64,000 nt of DNA. It comes from Promethearchaeota archaeon. GTDB taxonomy: Archaea > Asgardarchaeota > Heimdallarchaeia > Hodarchaeales > Hodarchaeaceae. The notes beneath the pieces were generated by a model. That model ran no database searches. It had not been told where the DNA came from and was given only the letters and a program-made list of their open reading frames with translations. How positions within the stretch are numbered: position 1 is the first letter of the stretch; each line of letters begins with the position of its first letter. Made by a program: the position numbers and the translations under genes. Positions 29,743 through 39,275 of the stretch are shown one piece after another. The stretch spans positions 121,059 through 185,058 of the forward strand of contig JBHLMN010000013.1 of the NCBI GenBank assembly GCA_048938105.1, in the 5' to 3' direction.

Positions 29743-31023
29743 CTAAGATAAATCCCATAGATTTGTCGTAGATAGGGAAACTCCGTGTATAATTTTCTTT
29801 TGGTCTTCACTTATTCCTTCAAAAATCTCTTCCATACGCTCTTTTCCTTCACTGAACCTGCTAATCTGATGATGACTACCTTTCGTAATAGATGAAATAA
29901 TTTTGGTTACTATAAAGCCATAAGATTCCCGCCCAGCTAAATGTGGGTTTGTGTTTACAACAGTAGTATGGATTCCTTCTCTTTTAATCATCTTTGAAAC
30001 TGAAACTACATCTTTGATAGCTAAGTCTTCAAATCTTCTCAATACAATGCCCACATCGTTAAACTTCCGAGTTTCTCCAGTCTCTAAGCTTCTGTAAAGT
30101 GGAACATTAGCATTTCCATCTGTAATAATAACCATAACAGGAATTGCTGCTTTATCCCTACGTCTCGTTTCTTTCAAAACTTCCCTTGCTTTTAGCATAC
30201 CAGCTGCCAAAGGTGTGAAACCACTAATCTTCAACTGAAGTAACTTATTTGCTACTACTCCTAAATTGGTAATAGGATGTTGGACAACAACAGCTCTTGT
30301 TTCCTTGAGAGCTACTATCCCTACTTTATCTCTATATCTGTAAGCGTCTCGGTGAAGTTTTAATAAGGCTTCCTTTGCTTCTTCGATACTAAACAACATT
30401 GATCCACTAAGATCAATGACAAAGACCAAAGTCATGGGAGCCTTATACAATCGTAATTTTTCACAAGCATCCTCTAAGAATATTGTGAGGGTTGTTTCCT
30501 TAGATGTTTCTCTGTTTCCCTGTTTTCTCGCTGCAGATCTAATTGTTGCTGGTAAGTGGATGTCTTTTGGTTTTCCTCTTGGTCTTTTCCATCCCCATGG
30601 TCGTCCTCGATGGAGCGTTGTTATCGTTTCTCCTCTTTTACCAGCATAATTACTAATTCCTCTGATAGGAGGCTTTTTTTCGAGAAATAGTTTAAAAGGC
30701 GCTAATACACTTTCTTTAATCTTGGAAAGAAAGGTCTTACCCTCATATAAATCTGGTGGTTTTAGTGCTAAACTAACTGTAGGGATTCCTTTCATTTTTC
30801 CTTTTATAGGGTCATCAGAGATCTCTCCCCTTAAGTTATCCGATCCTTTCACAATACCATCTATTACGGGAGCTTCTTTCGGACTTGATTTCATTTTTTT
30901 TCCAAAAGCGAATCCTGGACCTAATCTACTAAAAAAAGCAAAGATTTTTGCACGAGACTTACTGATCTTTTTTTCTGCAATAGCCTTTTCTTTATCAGAT
31001 GCGTCATCCTGAGCCCAGATCAA
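29743..31023 (-). CDS. VWA-domain ORF, C-terminal half of a ChlD/CobT-like chelatase medium subunit (probably reached by -1 frameshift)
   Basis: [20 protein letters not shown] (MIDAS), [16 protein letters not shown] and ITDGNANV; weak TTG start overlapping the upstream TGA. Confidence 0.85.
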   Translation of the reverse strand: MIWAQDDASDKEKAIAEKKISKSRAKIFAFFSRLGPGFAFGKKMKSSPKEAPVIDGIVKGSDNLRGEISDDPIKGKMKGIPTVSLALKPPDLYEGKTFLSKIKESVLAPFKLFLEKKPPIRGISNYAGKRGETITTLHRGRPWGWKRPRGKPKDIHLPATIRSAARKQGNRETSKETTLTIFLEDACEKLRLYKAPMTLVFVIDLSGSMLFSIEEAKEALLKLHRDAYRYRDKVGIVALKETRAVVVQHPITNLGVVANKLLQLKISGFTPLAAGMLKAREVLKETRRRDKAAIPVMVIITDGNANVPLYRSLETGETRKFNDVGIVLRRFEDLAIKDVVSVSKMIKREGIHTTVVNTNPHLAGRESYGFIVTKIISSITKGSHHQISRFSEGKERMEEIFEGISEDQKKIIHGVSLSTTNLWDLS

Positions 31024-32126
31024 GGCCCGTCCTTTTGGTTTTTTACGTTTTTTTTTTGAGTTTCAGGAGGTCGGATTTTCTCTGTATATTTTACCTCTTT
31101 GACTTTTGCTTTAAATACCTTAGAAATTTCTTCTGAAGTAGCTGGTTCCAAAAAGCCCCCCTTCCTTGTTCTGTGGCTCAGAGTAAGTTCAGAAGCCATT
31201 AAAATGTCAGCTAGGGTAGTAAAGACTCTGTTTTCAAATGCTGCAAGTGTGCATGCAGCTTTATTTATTACGATGTCAGGTCTCATTCCATCAACCCCTA
31301 AATCTAAGCACATCCTGCAGATAGCTTCAAGAAGCTTTTCTGGCATCTCAACTTGTGGTAGAATTGTCCTAGCATCTGTTATCCGCTTTCGTAGTTCCTC
31401 CTGGTTTGGTTTGTATTTATCAAAAAAGCTTTCAGGATTTCCTTCAAACTCGACATTTCTCTTAACTACTTCCATCCTATCTTTAACAGTTAATATTTGG
31501 TCTACACTTACAGATAATGAGAAGCGATCCAAGAGTTGTGGTCGAAGTTGTCCTTCTTCAGGATTCATGGTACCAATGAATATGAAACGAGAGGGATGAC
31601 GAACTGAGATTCCTTCGCGTTCTACCACGTTCCAACCTGTTGCAGAAGCATCTAACAAATCATCAGCAACATGGTCAGGGAGGAGATTGACTTCATCAAC
31701 ATATAAGATATTTTGATTTGCTTCTGCTAGAACTCCAGGTTCTAAAGCCCCTATTCCATGTTTTATTGCTTTTTCAACGTTTAAACTCCCTACTACTCGA
31801 TCCTCTGTAGCTCCGAGTGGAAGATCAACAACCACCATGTCTCTTTTTTCCATTTGCAGCTGATCTCCCCTTTGGTAATGTTCACTGCATTTTTCACACA
31901 TATTTGTGAGGTCATAAGGATTGCAATTAAAGGGACAACCTTTCACAACATCCAGTTTTGGCAAAATTGCAGTTAATCCTCGCACCACGGTTGTTTTTCC
32001 AGAACCTTTAGGGCCCTGAACTAATACTCCACCAATTTTAGGATTGATCGCGTTGATTAGAATGGCGAGTTTTAGCTTATCTAATGAAACAATAGCCGAA
32101 AATGGAAATGATAACCTTTTTTGCAT
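31020..32126 (-). CDS. Magnesium/cobalt chelatase ChlI/BchI-like AAA+ ATPase
   Basis: [15 protein letters not shown] (Walker A), [21 protein letters not shown] (Walker B) and [18 protein letters not shown]. Confidence 0.93.
   Translation of the reverse strand: MQKRLSFPFSAIVSLDKLKLAILINAINPKIGGVLVQGPKGSGKTTVVRGLTAILPKLDVVKGCPFNCNPYDLTNMCEKCSEHYQRGDQLQMEKRDMVVVDLPLGATEDRVVGSLNVEKAIKHGIGALEPGVLAEANQNILYVDEVNLLPDHVADDLLDASATGWNVVEREGISVRHPSRFIFIGTMNPEEGQLRPQLLDRFSLSVSVDQILTVKDRMEVVKRNVEFEGNPESFFDKYKPNQEELRKRITDARTILPQVEMPEKLLEAICRMCLDLGVDGMRPDIVINKAACTLAAFENRVFTTLADILMASELTLSHRTRKGGFLEPATSEEISKVFKAKVKEVKYTEKIRPPETQKKNVKNQKDGP
31038..31057 (-). promoter_or_regulatory. Candidate -1 frameshift/slippage signal: A10 tract and tandem A_AAA_AAC heptamers
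   Basis: mRNA CAA AAA AAA AAC GTA AAA AAC; the -1 frame is open from here into the VWA ORF. Confidence 0.7.
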
Positions 32127-32221
32127 ATATCTTGACAGTTAGAAAAAGCATTATTATAATTGATGATTCATGAAGGAAGAAATTGTCAAGAAACTTCCAT
32201 CATCCACGCAAAAAAACTTAG

Positions 32222-32565
32222 TTATTTCTTTAATGTCGCGATTTCTTTTTGAATTTCTTGGATTAATATGTCATAGGGGCATAAAAGGCTTAAATTAATA
32301 TTATCAATATTTTGGAGATTGTTATCTATTAATTGGGGTAGTCCTGTAGGAACATATACAATGCCTTTGCGAATAAGTCGAAAAATTTCCTTCAAAATAG
32401 TTTTTTTTCCTTAAGAGTTCGAATTCCTAGCAAATTCATGATGAATCGAAGATTCTGAGTATCAGTATCCTTAAAAGATAATAAGATCAAAGCACGATCC
32501 GCTAACTGATTTATCTCTGCTTCAGAAATTGCGATATCTGGAAAGGTATGCTTGTTATTACTCAT
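32222..32565 (-). pseudogene. Small winged-HTH-like gene split by a -1 frameshift at an A8 tract
   Basis: 57-aa ORF (32565-32392) continues in the -1 frame after GAAAAAAAA (32401-32408) as TILKEIFRLIRKGIVYVPTG...IATLKK; 114 aa if joined. Confidence 0.6.
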
Positions 32566-32790
32566 TGTAATTTCACAAAAAATTCATTTACAGCTGTTGT
32601 GAAGGGCTGTACTATTCCAAAAACCTGTTAAAATTTAATTTGCAATAGTAAATAAAAGATTAGCTAGATAATCTGTTCTAATAACGGAATACAATCTCTA
32701 ATAATTACATCTAAAAAATGCATATATTGAAAGTTTTTTCAGTAAAAGAACTTTGTCTAACTTATGTTCATATTACGGAGATAGATCCAA

Positions 32791-33102
32791 ATGGCGGACG
32801 TTAAGGTCAATACACAACACATTGAAATGTTTAGACGTGAAATTAAGCGATTAATGACATTATTGTTACTTTTTCTAGCAACAGTCGTCCTCGGACTAAT
32901 TGTGAGATTAGCTTATCCACAAACCATTCCATTGAGTTATCTTGAATTACAGGAACTACTTCCCCCAATTTTCTTAGTTCTGTATTTAATTGCACAAGTA
33001 TCATCATTTTTCACGATTTTCTTTGCAGGATATTTTCTTGCAGAATATCGAATTGCCCGGAAAACTGAGAAATGTAGCAGTATTGAAGATGAACTAGAAT
33101 AA
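32791..33102 (+). CDS. Hypothetical 2-TM membrane protein
   Basis: Two hydrophobic helices; GGAG upstream of ATG. Confidence 0.6.
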   Translation: MADVKVNTQHIEMFRREIKRLMTLLLLFLATVVLGLIVRLAYPQTIPLSYLELQELLPPIFLVLYLIAQVSSFFTIFFAGYFLAEYRIARKTEKCSSIEDELE

Positions 33103-33268
33103 CTCTATAATGAAAAAAATTGTTTAACTAAAATGGTATTGGGCTTAATTATATTCAATTATCATACATTTTGAGTTCTCTTCTCATTCATGAGTTACCT
33201 AAAAACTGTGAAAAAGATCAGGGCAATAATTTTATTTAAGTACACCGTAACTTCGGTTTGGAGGTTCC

Positions 33269-33709
33269 ATGTTGGTTAGTAATGATGAAACAGTAACATT
33301 ATTTTCCCAATTCTCCCAAATCGATCAAATTGGAGTTGTTGTTAAAGATATGGAAGCAACTATGAAGTTCTATGAGTCATTCGGGCTAGAATCCTTTCTT
33401 ACACTAGAATCAGTAATAAATTCTGCGAAGCTAAAGATTGGATTACTCCAGTTAGGGGATGTACAGCTAGAATTAATACAGGTTCTTGAGGGAGAAACTA
33501 GTCATTCCAAATTTCTCCAAGAAAGAGGAGAAGGAGTTCACCATTTAGGGCATATAGTCGTCGATTTAGAAGAAGAACTATCTAAACTAGAGGAAAAGGG
33601 AATCAAAGTGTTGGAAAGAGGTATTGTCCACGAAATGGTGAAGTTTGCCTACTTAGACACTGAAAAGACTTTGGGCGTTATATTAGAACTAATTCAATTA
33701 GAGCTCTAG
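33269..33709 (+). CDS. VOC/glyoxalase family protein (methylmalonyl-CoA epimerase-like)
   Basis: IDQIGVVV, QLELIQ, GEGVHHLG and GVILELI motifs. Confidence 0.9.
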   Translation: MLVSNDETVTLFSQFSQIDQIGVVVKDMEATMKFYESFGLESFLTLESVINSAKLKIGLLQLGDVQLELIQVLEGETSHSKFLQERGEGVHHLGHIVVDLEEELSKLEEKGIKVLERGIVHEMVKFAYLDTEKTLGVILELIQLEL

Positions 33710-33797
33710 ACGTTATTTTGATGCAGATAAGAAAAAGATAATAAGAAACTCATTTTCAGAGTGCACAAAGAATATTCTTATTATCTAATAGGAAACA

Positions 33798-35444
33798 TTG
33801 TCCATGCAAAAATCCAAAGATAAATTCTTGACTGGGTTTAACAAATACTCCTTTTCTCTTCCTCCTCGTTTCTATAAAATTATAAATAAAGAGAATGTGA
33901 AGAATAGTCTTCTCTTCTTTACTTTAGCAAATCTCTTATGGTTAATATTTCGAACAGGTACAAAACCTTCAAGAATAGTATACCCCTGTCAGCGAGCTGC
34001 TTTGGATAACCTTTCAGTCTCTTTTAGTGGATTGATTCCTCTCTCAATTGCTCCCATCGTTACGACAATCAATAGCTTTTTCTCTAAAAATAGAACAACA
34101 ATCTTTGTAATGCTCATGGTTGGAGTAATCAGCAGTGGTATTTTTCTTGTATTACCAACTCCAAATCCTTCTCAAGAAATTCAATTGGTAATTCGATCTA
34201 ATACTGAAACTCTTCCTCCCTATTCTGATATTTATGTAGTAAACGGACGACCTGTTGCACATATCAGTGAACTCATTACCTTAATGAGTTCATACAATTT
34301 TTTCTTTTACAAGTCAAGTACAGTGGGAATAAAGCAGGGGCCTGATGGTTTAATTGCACCGAATGATGTTGTTTTAGTAAAATTTAATTCACAATGGTCT
34401 CAACGAGGGGGAACTAACACTGATGTGTTGAAAGAGTTGATCCAAGCCGTCATCAGCCATCCTGATGGATTCGTGGGAGAGATTGTGTTGGCAGATAACG
34501 GCCAAGGACGTGGAAGTATGAACTATGTATCAAGTAACGCTGAAAATCGATCTCAGTCAACTCAAGAAGTAGCTAATATGTTCTCGTCAATGTACAAGGT
34601 TTCAACCTACGATTGGCAACAAATTAGGAGTAATCATGTTGATGAATATTCTGAAGGAGATCTAAAGGACGGTTATTTTGTTTATGATGAAGTAGATCCT
34701 GAAACAGGGATCTATGTTTCTTATCCTAAATTTGAAACAGAATTTGGTACTAAAATCAGCTTTAAACATGGTATCTGGAATGGAACTGGTTATGAAAGGC
34801 GATTAAAAGTAATAAATCTGCCTGTTCTCAAATCACATGTCATATATGGGGTTACCGCCTCCGTAAAGAACTACATGGGTGTACAATCAGAAAGTTTAGC
34901 TAATGGGCATTCAACTGTAGGAACTGGTGGAATGGGGACATTACTGGTAGAATGTGGCTTGCCTACTCTCAATATTATAGATGCAATCTGGGTTAACGCA
35001 AATCCTTATCCTTCTAGCTCAACTGGACCAAGTACAAGTTATAATCAAGCCACAAGAGTAAATATACTTTTGGCAGGCATTGATCCTGTTGCGCTTGATT
35101 ATTGGGCTGCAAAATATGTTCTTTATCAGACTGCAAACTTCATCGGATATGATGATGCTCATACAGTAGATCCCGATAACACAGAGAAAAGTGGTTTACA
35201 GGAAGCTTTTGGTGTCTGGTTGAACCTTACAAAAAACGAGCTTCTGAGAGGGAATTACAACGTCACTACAGATGAGAAACATATGATTATATGCCAAGAG
35301 CAAGTGTCTACTATTTCTTCCTCAACAAATCTAACAAGTTCTCAGATCCCAGGTTTTGAGCTTGTATGGATCATCTTAAGTTTAATGATTGGTATCTTGT
35401 TTTTTCGAAACAGAAAAAAAGAACATAATAAAACCTTATCATAG
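33798..35444 (+). CDS. DUF362-domain surface protein with a PGF-CTERM-like anchor
   Basis: KPSRIVYPCQRAA, VLVKFNSQW, NLPVLKSH..GVTASVKNYMG and DPVALD; C-terminal Ser/Thr linker, IPGF, TM and RNRKK. Confidence 0.8.
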   Translation: MSMQKSKDKFLTGFNKYSFSLPPRFYKIINKENVKNSLLFFTLANLLWLIFRTGTKPSRIVYPCQRAALDNLSVSFSGLIPLSIAPIVTTINSFFSKNRTTIFVMLMVGVISSGIFLVLPTPNPSQEIQLVIRSNTETLPPYSDIYVVNGRPVAHISELITLMSSYNFFFYKSSTVGIKQGPDGLIAPNDVVLVKFNSQWSQRGGTNTDVLKELIQAVISHPDGFVGEIVLADNGQGRGSMNYVSSNAENRSQSTQEVANMFSSMYKVSTYDWQQIRSNHVDEYSEGDLKDGYFVYDEVDPETGIYVSYPKFETEFGTKISFKHGIWNGTGYERRLKVINLPVLKSHVIYGVTASVKNYMGVQSESLANGHSTVGTGGMGTLLVECGLPTLNIIDAIWVNANPYPSSSTGPSTSYNQATRVNILLAGIDPVALDYWAAKYVLYQTANFIGYDDAHTVDPDNTEKSGLQEAFGVWLNLTKNELLRGNYNVTTDEKHMIICQEQVSTISSSTNLTSSQIPGFELVWIILSLMIGILFFRNRKKEHNKTLS

Positions 35445-35546
35445 AGATTAGGCCGTTAGGTTTAGTTTTCATTAAAATCGTTTCAATTATTCATATTTTC
35501 TTTGTTAGATATTGGATACTTAACCCCCTTTTTTATGATTTCACTC

Positions 35547-36323
35547 TTAAACATTAATTCTAACACCATTCTGCCATAATTTTTCAAGAATTTTCTCTGA
35601 TTTTGAATCAACTTGATTCAATCCAACATCTAAAAGCTGGAGATTAACCAGATCTAAGAGCTCTAACGGAAGAGTATTTATTTGGTTATCACGTAGAATA
35701 AGCTCTTCAAGATTTGTAAGGTTAGCAATTGTCTTGGGAAGAGAACCTATACTGTTAGATTTTAAAAACAGTACACGCAATGATTTAAGTTTTCCTAATG
35801 AATCTGGCAATGAACTTAATTGATTATGATATAAATCGAGAAACCAAAGATTCTTAAGTGAACCAATAGAAGCTGGAAGACTTCTTAATTGATTGTCTCT
35901 TAAGCTTAGTTTTTCCAAATTAAAAAGACTATCAATATGTTTTGGGAAGTCAGTTATCATATTATCAGAGGCATTGAGTTCGACTAACTTTGTTAGCCCT
36001 CTTAAAGCGGGGAGAACTCTCAATTTATTATGTTCGAGATCTAAAATTCTTAGATTTCTTAAGTTGCTTAGCGTCTTAGGAAGCGATGATATATAATTAT
36101 AGCTTAAAATAAGTGTTTCAAGATGATTCAAGTTTCCTAGGCTATCTGGTAACGATATTAATCGATTAATATCTATTTTTAATGTTTTTAAGTTCGAAAA
36201 ATCCTCTATAGTATTAGGTATTGACTCCAATTCATTATTGCTTAAAATCAAATGTTCTAGAGTCTCACATTGCAGAATTTTCGGGAATTTCCTTAATTGT
36301 TTTCCAGATAAATTTAACTCCAA
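35547..36323 (-). CDS. Leucine-rich repeat protein
   Basis: About ten 23-aa LxxLxLxxNxLxxLPxxI repeats. Confidence 0.93.
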   Translation of the reverse strand: MELNLSGKQLRKFPKILQCETLEHLILSNNELESIPNTIEDFSNLKTLKIDINRLISLPDSLGNLNHLETLILSYNYISSLPKTLSNLRNLRILDLEHNKLRVLPALRGLTKLVELNASDNMITDFPKHIDSLFNLEKLSLRDNQLRSLPASIGSLKNLWFLDLYHNQLSSLPDSLGKLKSLRVLFLKSNSIGSLPKTIANLTNLEELILRDNQINTLPLELLDLVNLQLLDVGLNQVDSKSEKILEKLWQNGVRINV

Positions 36324-36589
36324 TTTTACACAAGTTCCATTTTCTTCTGAGATTAGGAGATAGCTATATACTCACCATTAAAGTAACAGGTCAGCGGAAT
36401 GTTTTCATACCGTTCCTTTCAAAATAGGCCTTTACTAACAAATATAGCTTTTGATAGCTTTTTGTTATTAGCACCTATCCGTTTAAAAGAACTTGAACAG
36501 AGGCCCCGTCCATATGCTTACCTTGTCCAACCTAAAATACAGGATAACGATCAAATTTCTTTTGAAACAACTCCTTAAACCTCAGCTTC

Positions 36590-37992
36590 TTACTATAGGA
36601 CTCCCAATGAAACCCGTGAATTCATTCAGGGGAGGAATTGGGGAAGGAGAAAAGATTATTTGCAGTATTATACCACCACATATAATAATATATAATATTA
36701 CAAATGAAATAATTGTTAAATACTTATACATTTTGTTATAAAGCAAAAATACTTTGATCTTACTCTCATCTAAGCTTAAATATTTGGAGAACCCCAGTCT
36801 AGGTGTCATGCGGCGAACTATCCAATGTCCACTACCTGCTGAAAATGAGCTATTAGAAACGATAAAAACCTATAACAAAGCAGTTCAGCATGTTATTGAT
36901 AGAGGATGGTCAAGAAGGACTTTCAACAAAAATACCCTCCACTTTGAAACGTATAAAGCTGTTCGTAAAAGATATCCTTGTCTACAGTCATCACTTGTCC
37001 AGTGCGCTCGCGATATGGCAGCTGACATACTTAAGCGTGAAAAATTCAACCATAACCGACCTATTAAAAAGGTATTAAGTGGGATTCGATATAATCAACG
37101 CACATTCACCCCCTTCTTAGAAACAGGGGTGATTTCTATTAGCACAATCGCTGGTCGAAAAAGATATCCGTTTATAATCCCTGAATATTTCCAGCAGTAC
37201 CTTGTTTTTGGGAGGATCAGCTCACTAACACTCTATTATAACAAAAAAAGGAAGAAAATCATCGCGTATTTGACAATGGAGTTACCAGATATTCCTGTGG
37301 AAGAACCTTCTTCCTTTCTAGGAGTAGACCGGGGTATTAAACGGATAGCCGTTTGTTCCAATAATATGTTCTATCCCACTAATCATATACTAGCTGTGAA
37401 GTGGAAGTATCAACAATTACGAAAACGCCTTCAGTCAAAAGGCACTCGATCCGCCAAGCGTAAATTACGGTTGGTTAGTGGTCGAGAGAGACGGTTTATG
37501 ACTGATGAAAATCGTAATCTAGCTAAATGGATCTGTAATATGCCTAATAATTGTATTGTATTAGAAAACATTCGTGGGTTGAAACAACATAGCAAAAAGG
37601 AGAACAAAGCATCTAAAAAACTTCGTCGGAAATTTAGTAATTGGTCTTATTACCAACTCGAACAATTTATCATTGAACGTGCTGAAAAGGTTGGAAAGAC
37701 GGTTTTATTTGTCAATCCTCGGTATACTTCGCAGAGGTGTTCGTGTTGTGGTTATATTTCCTCTCATAATCGTTGTTTTCAATCGTCCTTTGTGTGTGGT
37801 AACTGTTCTCTCCAATTGAATGCTGACCTTAATGCTGCCCGTAACCTATCTGATTTTGGCATGTCCGAGATCAGGAGGGCTTCTGTCAATAGCCCTAATG
37901 TAGCGGTCCTTCCCATGACCATAGGAATTTCCTCGTTGAGTCGTGGGACGGTTCTAGCTACAAGCCATTGAATTCATTCAGTGGTAATTGAC
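36590..37992 (+). mobile_element. IS200/IS605-family (IS1341-type) tnpB-only element; left boundary approximate
   Basis: Related subterminal hairpins at 36613-36632 (CCCGTGAA-TTCA-TTCAGGGG) and 37965-37984 (CCATTGAA-TTCA-TTCAGTGG); right end TTGAC at 37992; no tnpA. Confidence 0.82.
36808..37971 (+). CDS. tnpB: TnpB RNA-guided nuclease with intact RuvC triad
   Basis: GVDRG (D), IVLENI (E), CSCC/CGNC zinc finger and NADLNAARNL (D); ATG 36808 preferred over TTG 36754 (AGGTG upstream). Confidence 0.93.
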   Translation: MRRTIQCPLPAENELLETIKTYNKAVQHVIDRGWSRRTFNKNTLHFETYKAVRKRYPCLQSSLVQCARDMAADILKREKFNHNRPIKKVLSGIRYNQRTFTPFLETGVISISTIAGRKRYPFIIPEYFQQYLVFGRISSLTLYYNKKRKKIIAYLTMELPDIPVEEPSSFLGVDRGIKRIAVCSNNMFYPTNHILAVKWKYQQLRKRLQSKGTRSAKRKLRLVSGRERRFMTDENRNLAKWICNMPNNCIVLENIRGLKQHSKKENKASKKLRRKFSNWSYYQLEQFIIERAEKVGKTVLFVNPRYTSQRCSCCGYISSHNRCFQSSFVCGNCSLQLNADLNAARNLSDFGMSEIRRASVNSPNVAVLPMTIGISSLSRGTVLATSH

Positions 37993-38012
37993 TTGTGATA
38001 AAGCTTAAGAAA
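37860..38012 (+). ncRNA. Putative omega/reRNA of TnpB (scaffold plus about 20-nt guide); 5' end uncertain
   Basis: Stems AGGGCT/AGCCCT (37876-37896), TCCCATGAC/GTCGTGGGA (37911-37948) and the right-end hairpin overlap the tnpB 3' end, as known for TnpB reRNAs. Confidence 0.6.
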
Positions 38013-38030
38013 TAAATATGTCAAAAGGAC

Positions 38031-39014
38031 ATGAAGATGAGGTACAAAAGACTTTTTTCAATCAGTTTGATAATATTAACTTTTTCTATAATTATTACTT
38101 TAGTTCATTGCACTAATCTTGAAAAAATATCGAAGGAAGGATCGTTAACCCTCCATAGTGTGGAAATTGATGGGGAACCCCAACAGTATTACCTCTATCT
38201 TCCTTCTCAAGAACCAATTGGAGTTATTCTTGTTATTCCTCCTTTGGGTGGTAATCATGAGACCTACTTAATTGGTGCTAATTGGGGATCTTCTGAAGGG
38301 AATATGACAGAGTCTCCGCTTGTACGAACTGCAAAAATATATAATTTAGCATTAATATTTACTGAAGGTTCGAGTAATGGGTGGTATGCTCCTGATGATG
38401 GTGAGAAGAAGGTATTGAGGTGTATGGAGGACGCAAATAACACTTTCCTTAAATTAAATAGGAAAAAGTGGTTTATTTACGGTTTTAGTATGGGAGGTGC
38501 AGGAACAATAACTATCACAGTACGCCACCCGAATTTGTTTAGTGGTTTATTCTCTGGAGGGGGATTACCTGACCTCACAAATGATATGTGGATAGCTCAT
38601 TATAGCAGATGGTGGCCATGCGAAGAATTAATACAAACTGCTTCTCCCCAACAACACCTAGAAGTATTTTACAACAGAACAATCTTTTTAGCTTGTGGTA
38701 CAGCTGATCCCATTTTTGTTAATTACGATAATTTTTCACAGATTCTTGATACTCATGGGATTAGGCACTATTATTATAGAGGTAACGAGGGACATACAAA
38801 TCAAATATTGCTTGAAACTATGAATCAAACATTCAACATGTTTTCTCACCATTTATTTGGCACTCTCGATACATTCTTTGAGGACTATACATCCCCTTTG
38901 ACCCCCATTACCATTTCTAAGTCAACACAATGGAGTGATAATTCTTCACTTGTTGTTATCATCGTTTTCTTTACTATAAGGGTTTGTATTAAATATCAAA
39001 AGGGAAGGAGATGA
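38031..39014 (+). CDS. Secreted/membrane-anchored esterase (alpha/beta hydrolase)
   Basis: N-terminal signal, YLYLP, GFSMGG, CGTAD, EGH and a C-terminal TM with basic tail. Confidence 0.82.
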   Translation: MKMRYKRLFSISLIILTFSIIITLVHCTNLEKISKEGSLTLHSVEIDGEPQQYYLYLPSQEPIGVILVIPPLGGNHETYLIGANWGSSEGNMTESPLVRTAKIYNLALIFTEGSSNGWYAPDDGEKKVLRCMEDANNTFLKLNRKKWFIYGFSMGGAGTITITVRHPNLFSGLFSGGGLPDLTNDMWIAHYSRWWPCEELIQTASPQQHLEVFYNRTIFLACGTADPIFVNYDNFSQILDTHGIRHYYYRGNEGHTNQILLETMNQTFNMFSHHLFGTLDTFFEDYTSPLTPITISKSTQWSDNSSLVVIIVFFTIRVCIKYQKGRR

Positions 39015-39275
39015 TTTTTATCATAATAACAGTATTCTTATTAGCTATCGAGAGCATTCCAATTGTTTAAAGGTTTCCCAGGAAATAATAATGTTAATCC
39101 ATTGAATAGCATCTAATACTAGCATTTTTAATGAATTCTCAAGCCTCAATAACAAAAATTATTATTGTTAAGAAAAATAGATGTTGTAACCTTTAGATTT
39201 GCAACCACAAACATAATTTTTTAAAGAAGAAATTGAAATGTCGGATTACATTTCAATTTTCAGGATCGTAGGATT

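Noticed and set aside
32410-32432. tRNA-like GTTCGAATTCC
   Set aside because: No pairing T-stem, acceptor stem or anticodon arm; it lies within the split wHTH-like coding sequence.
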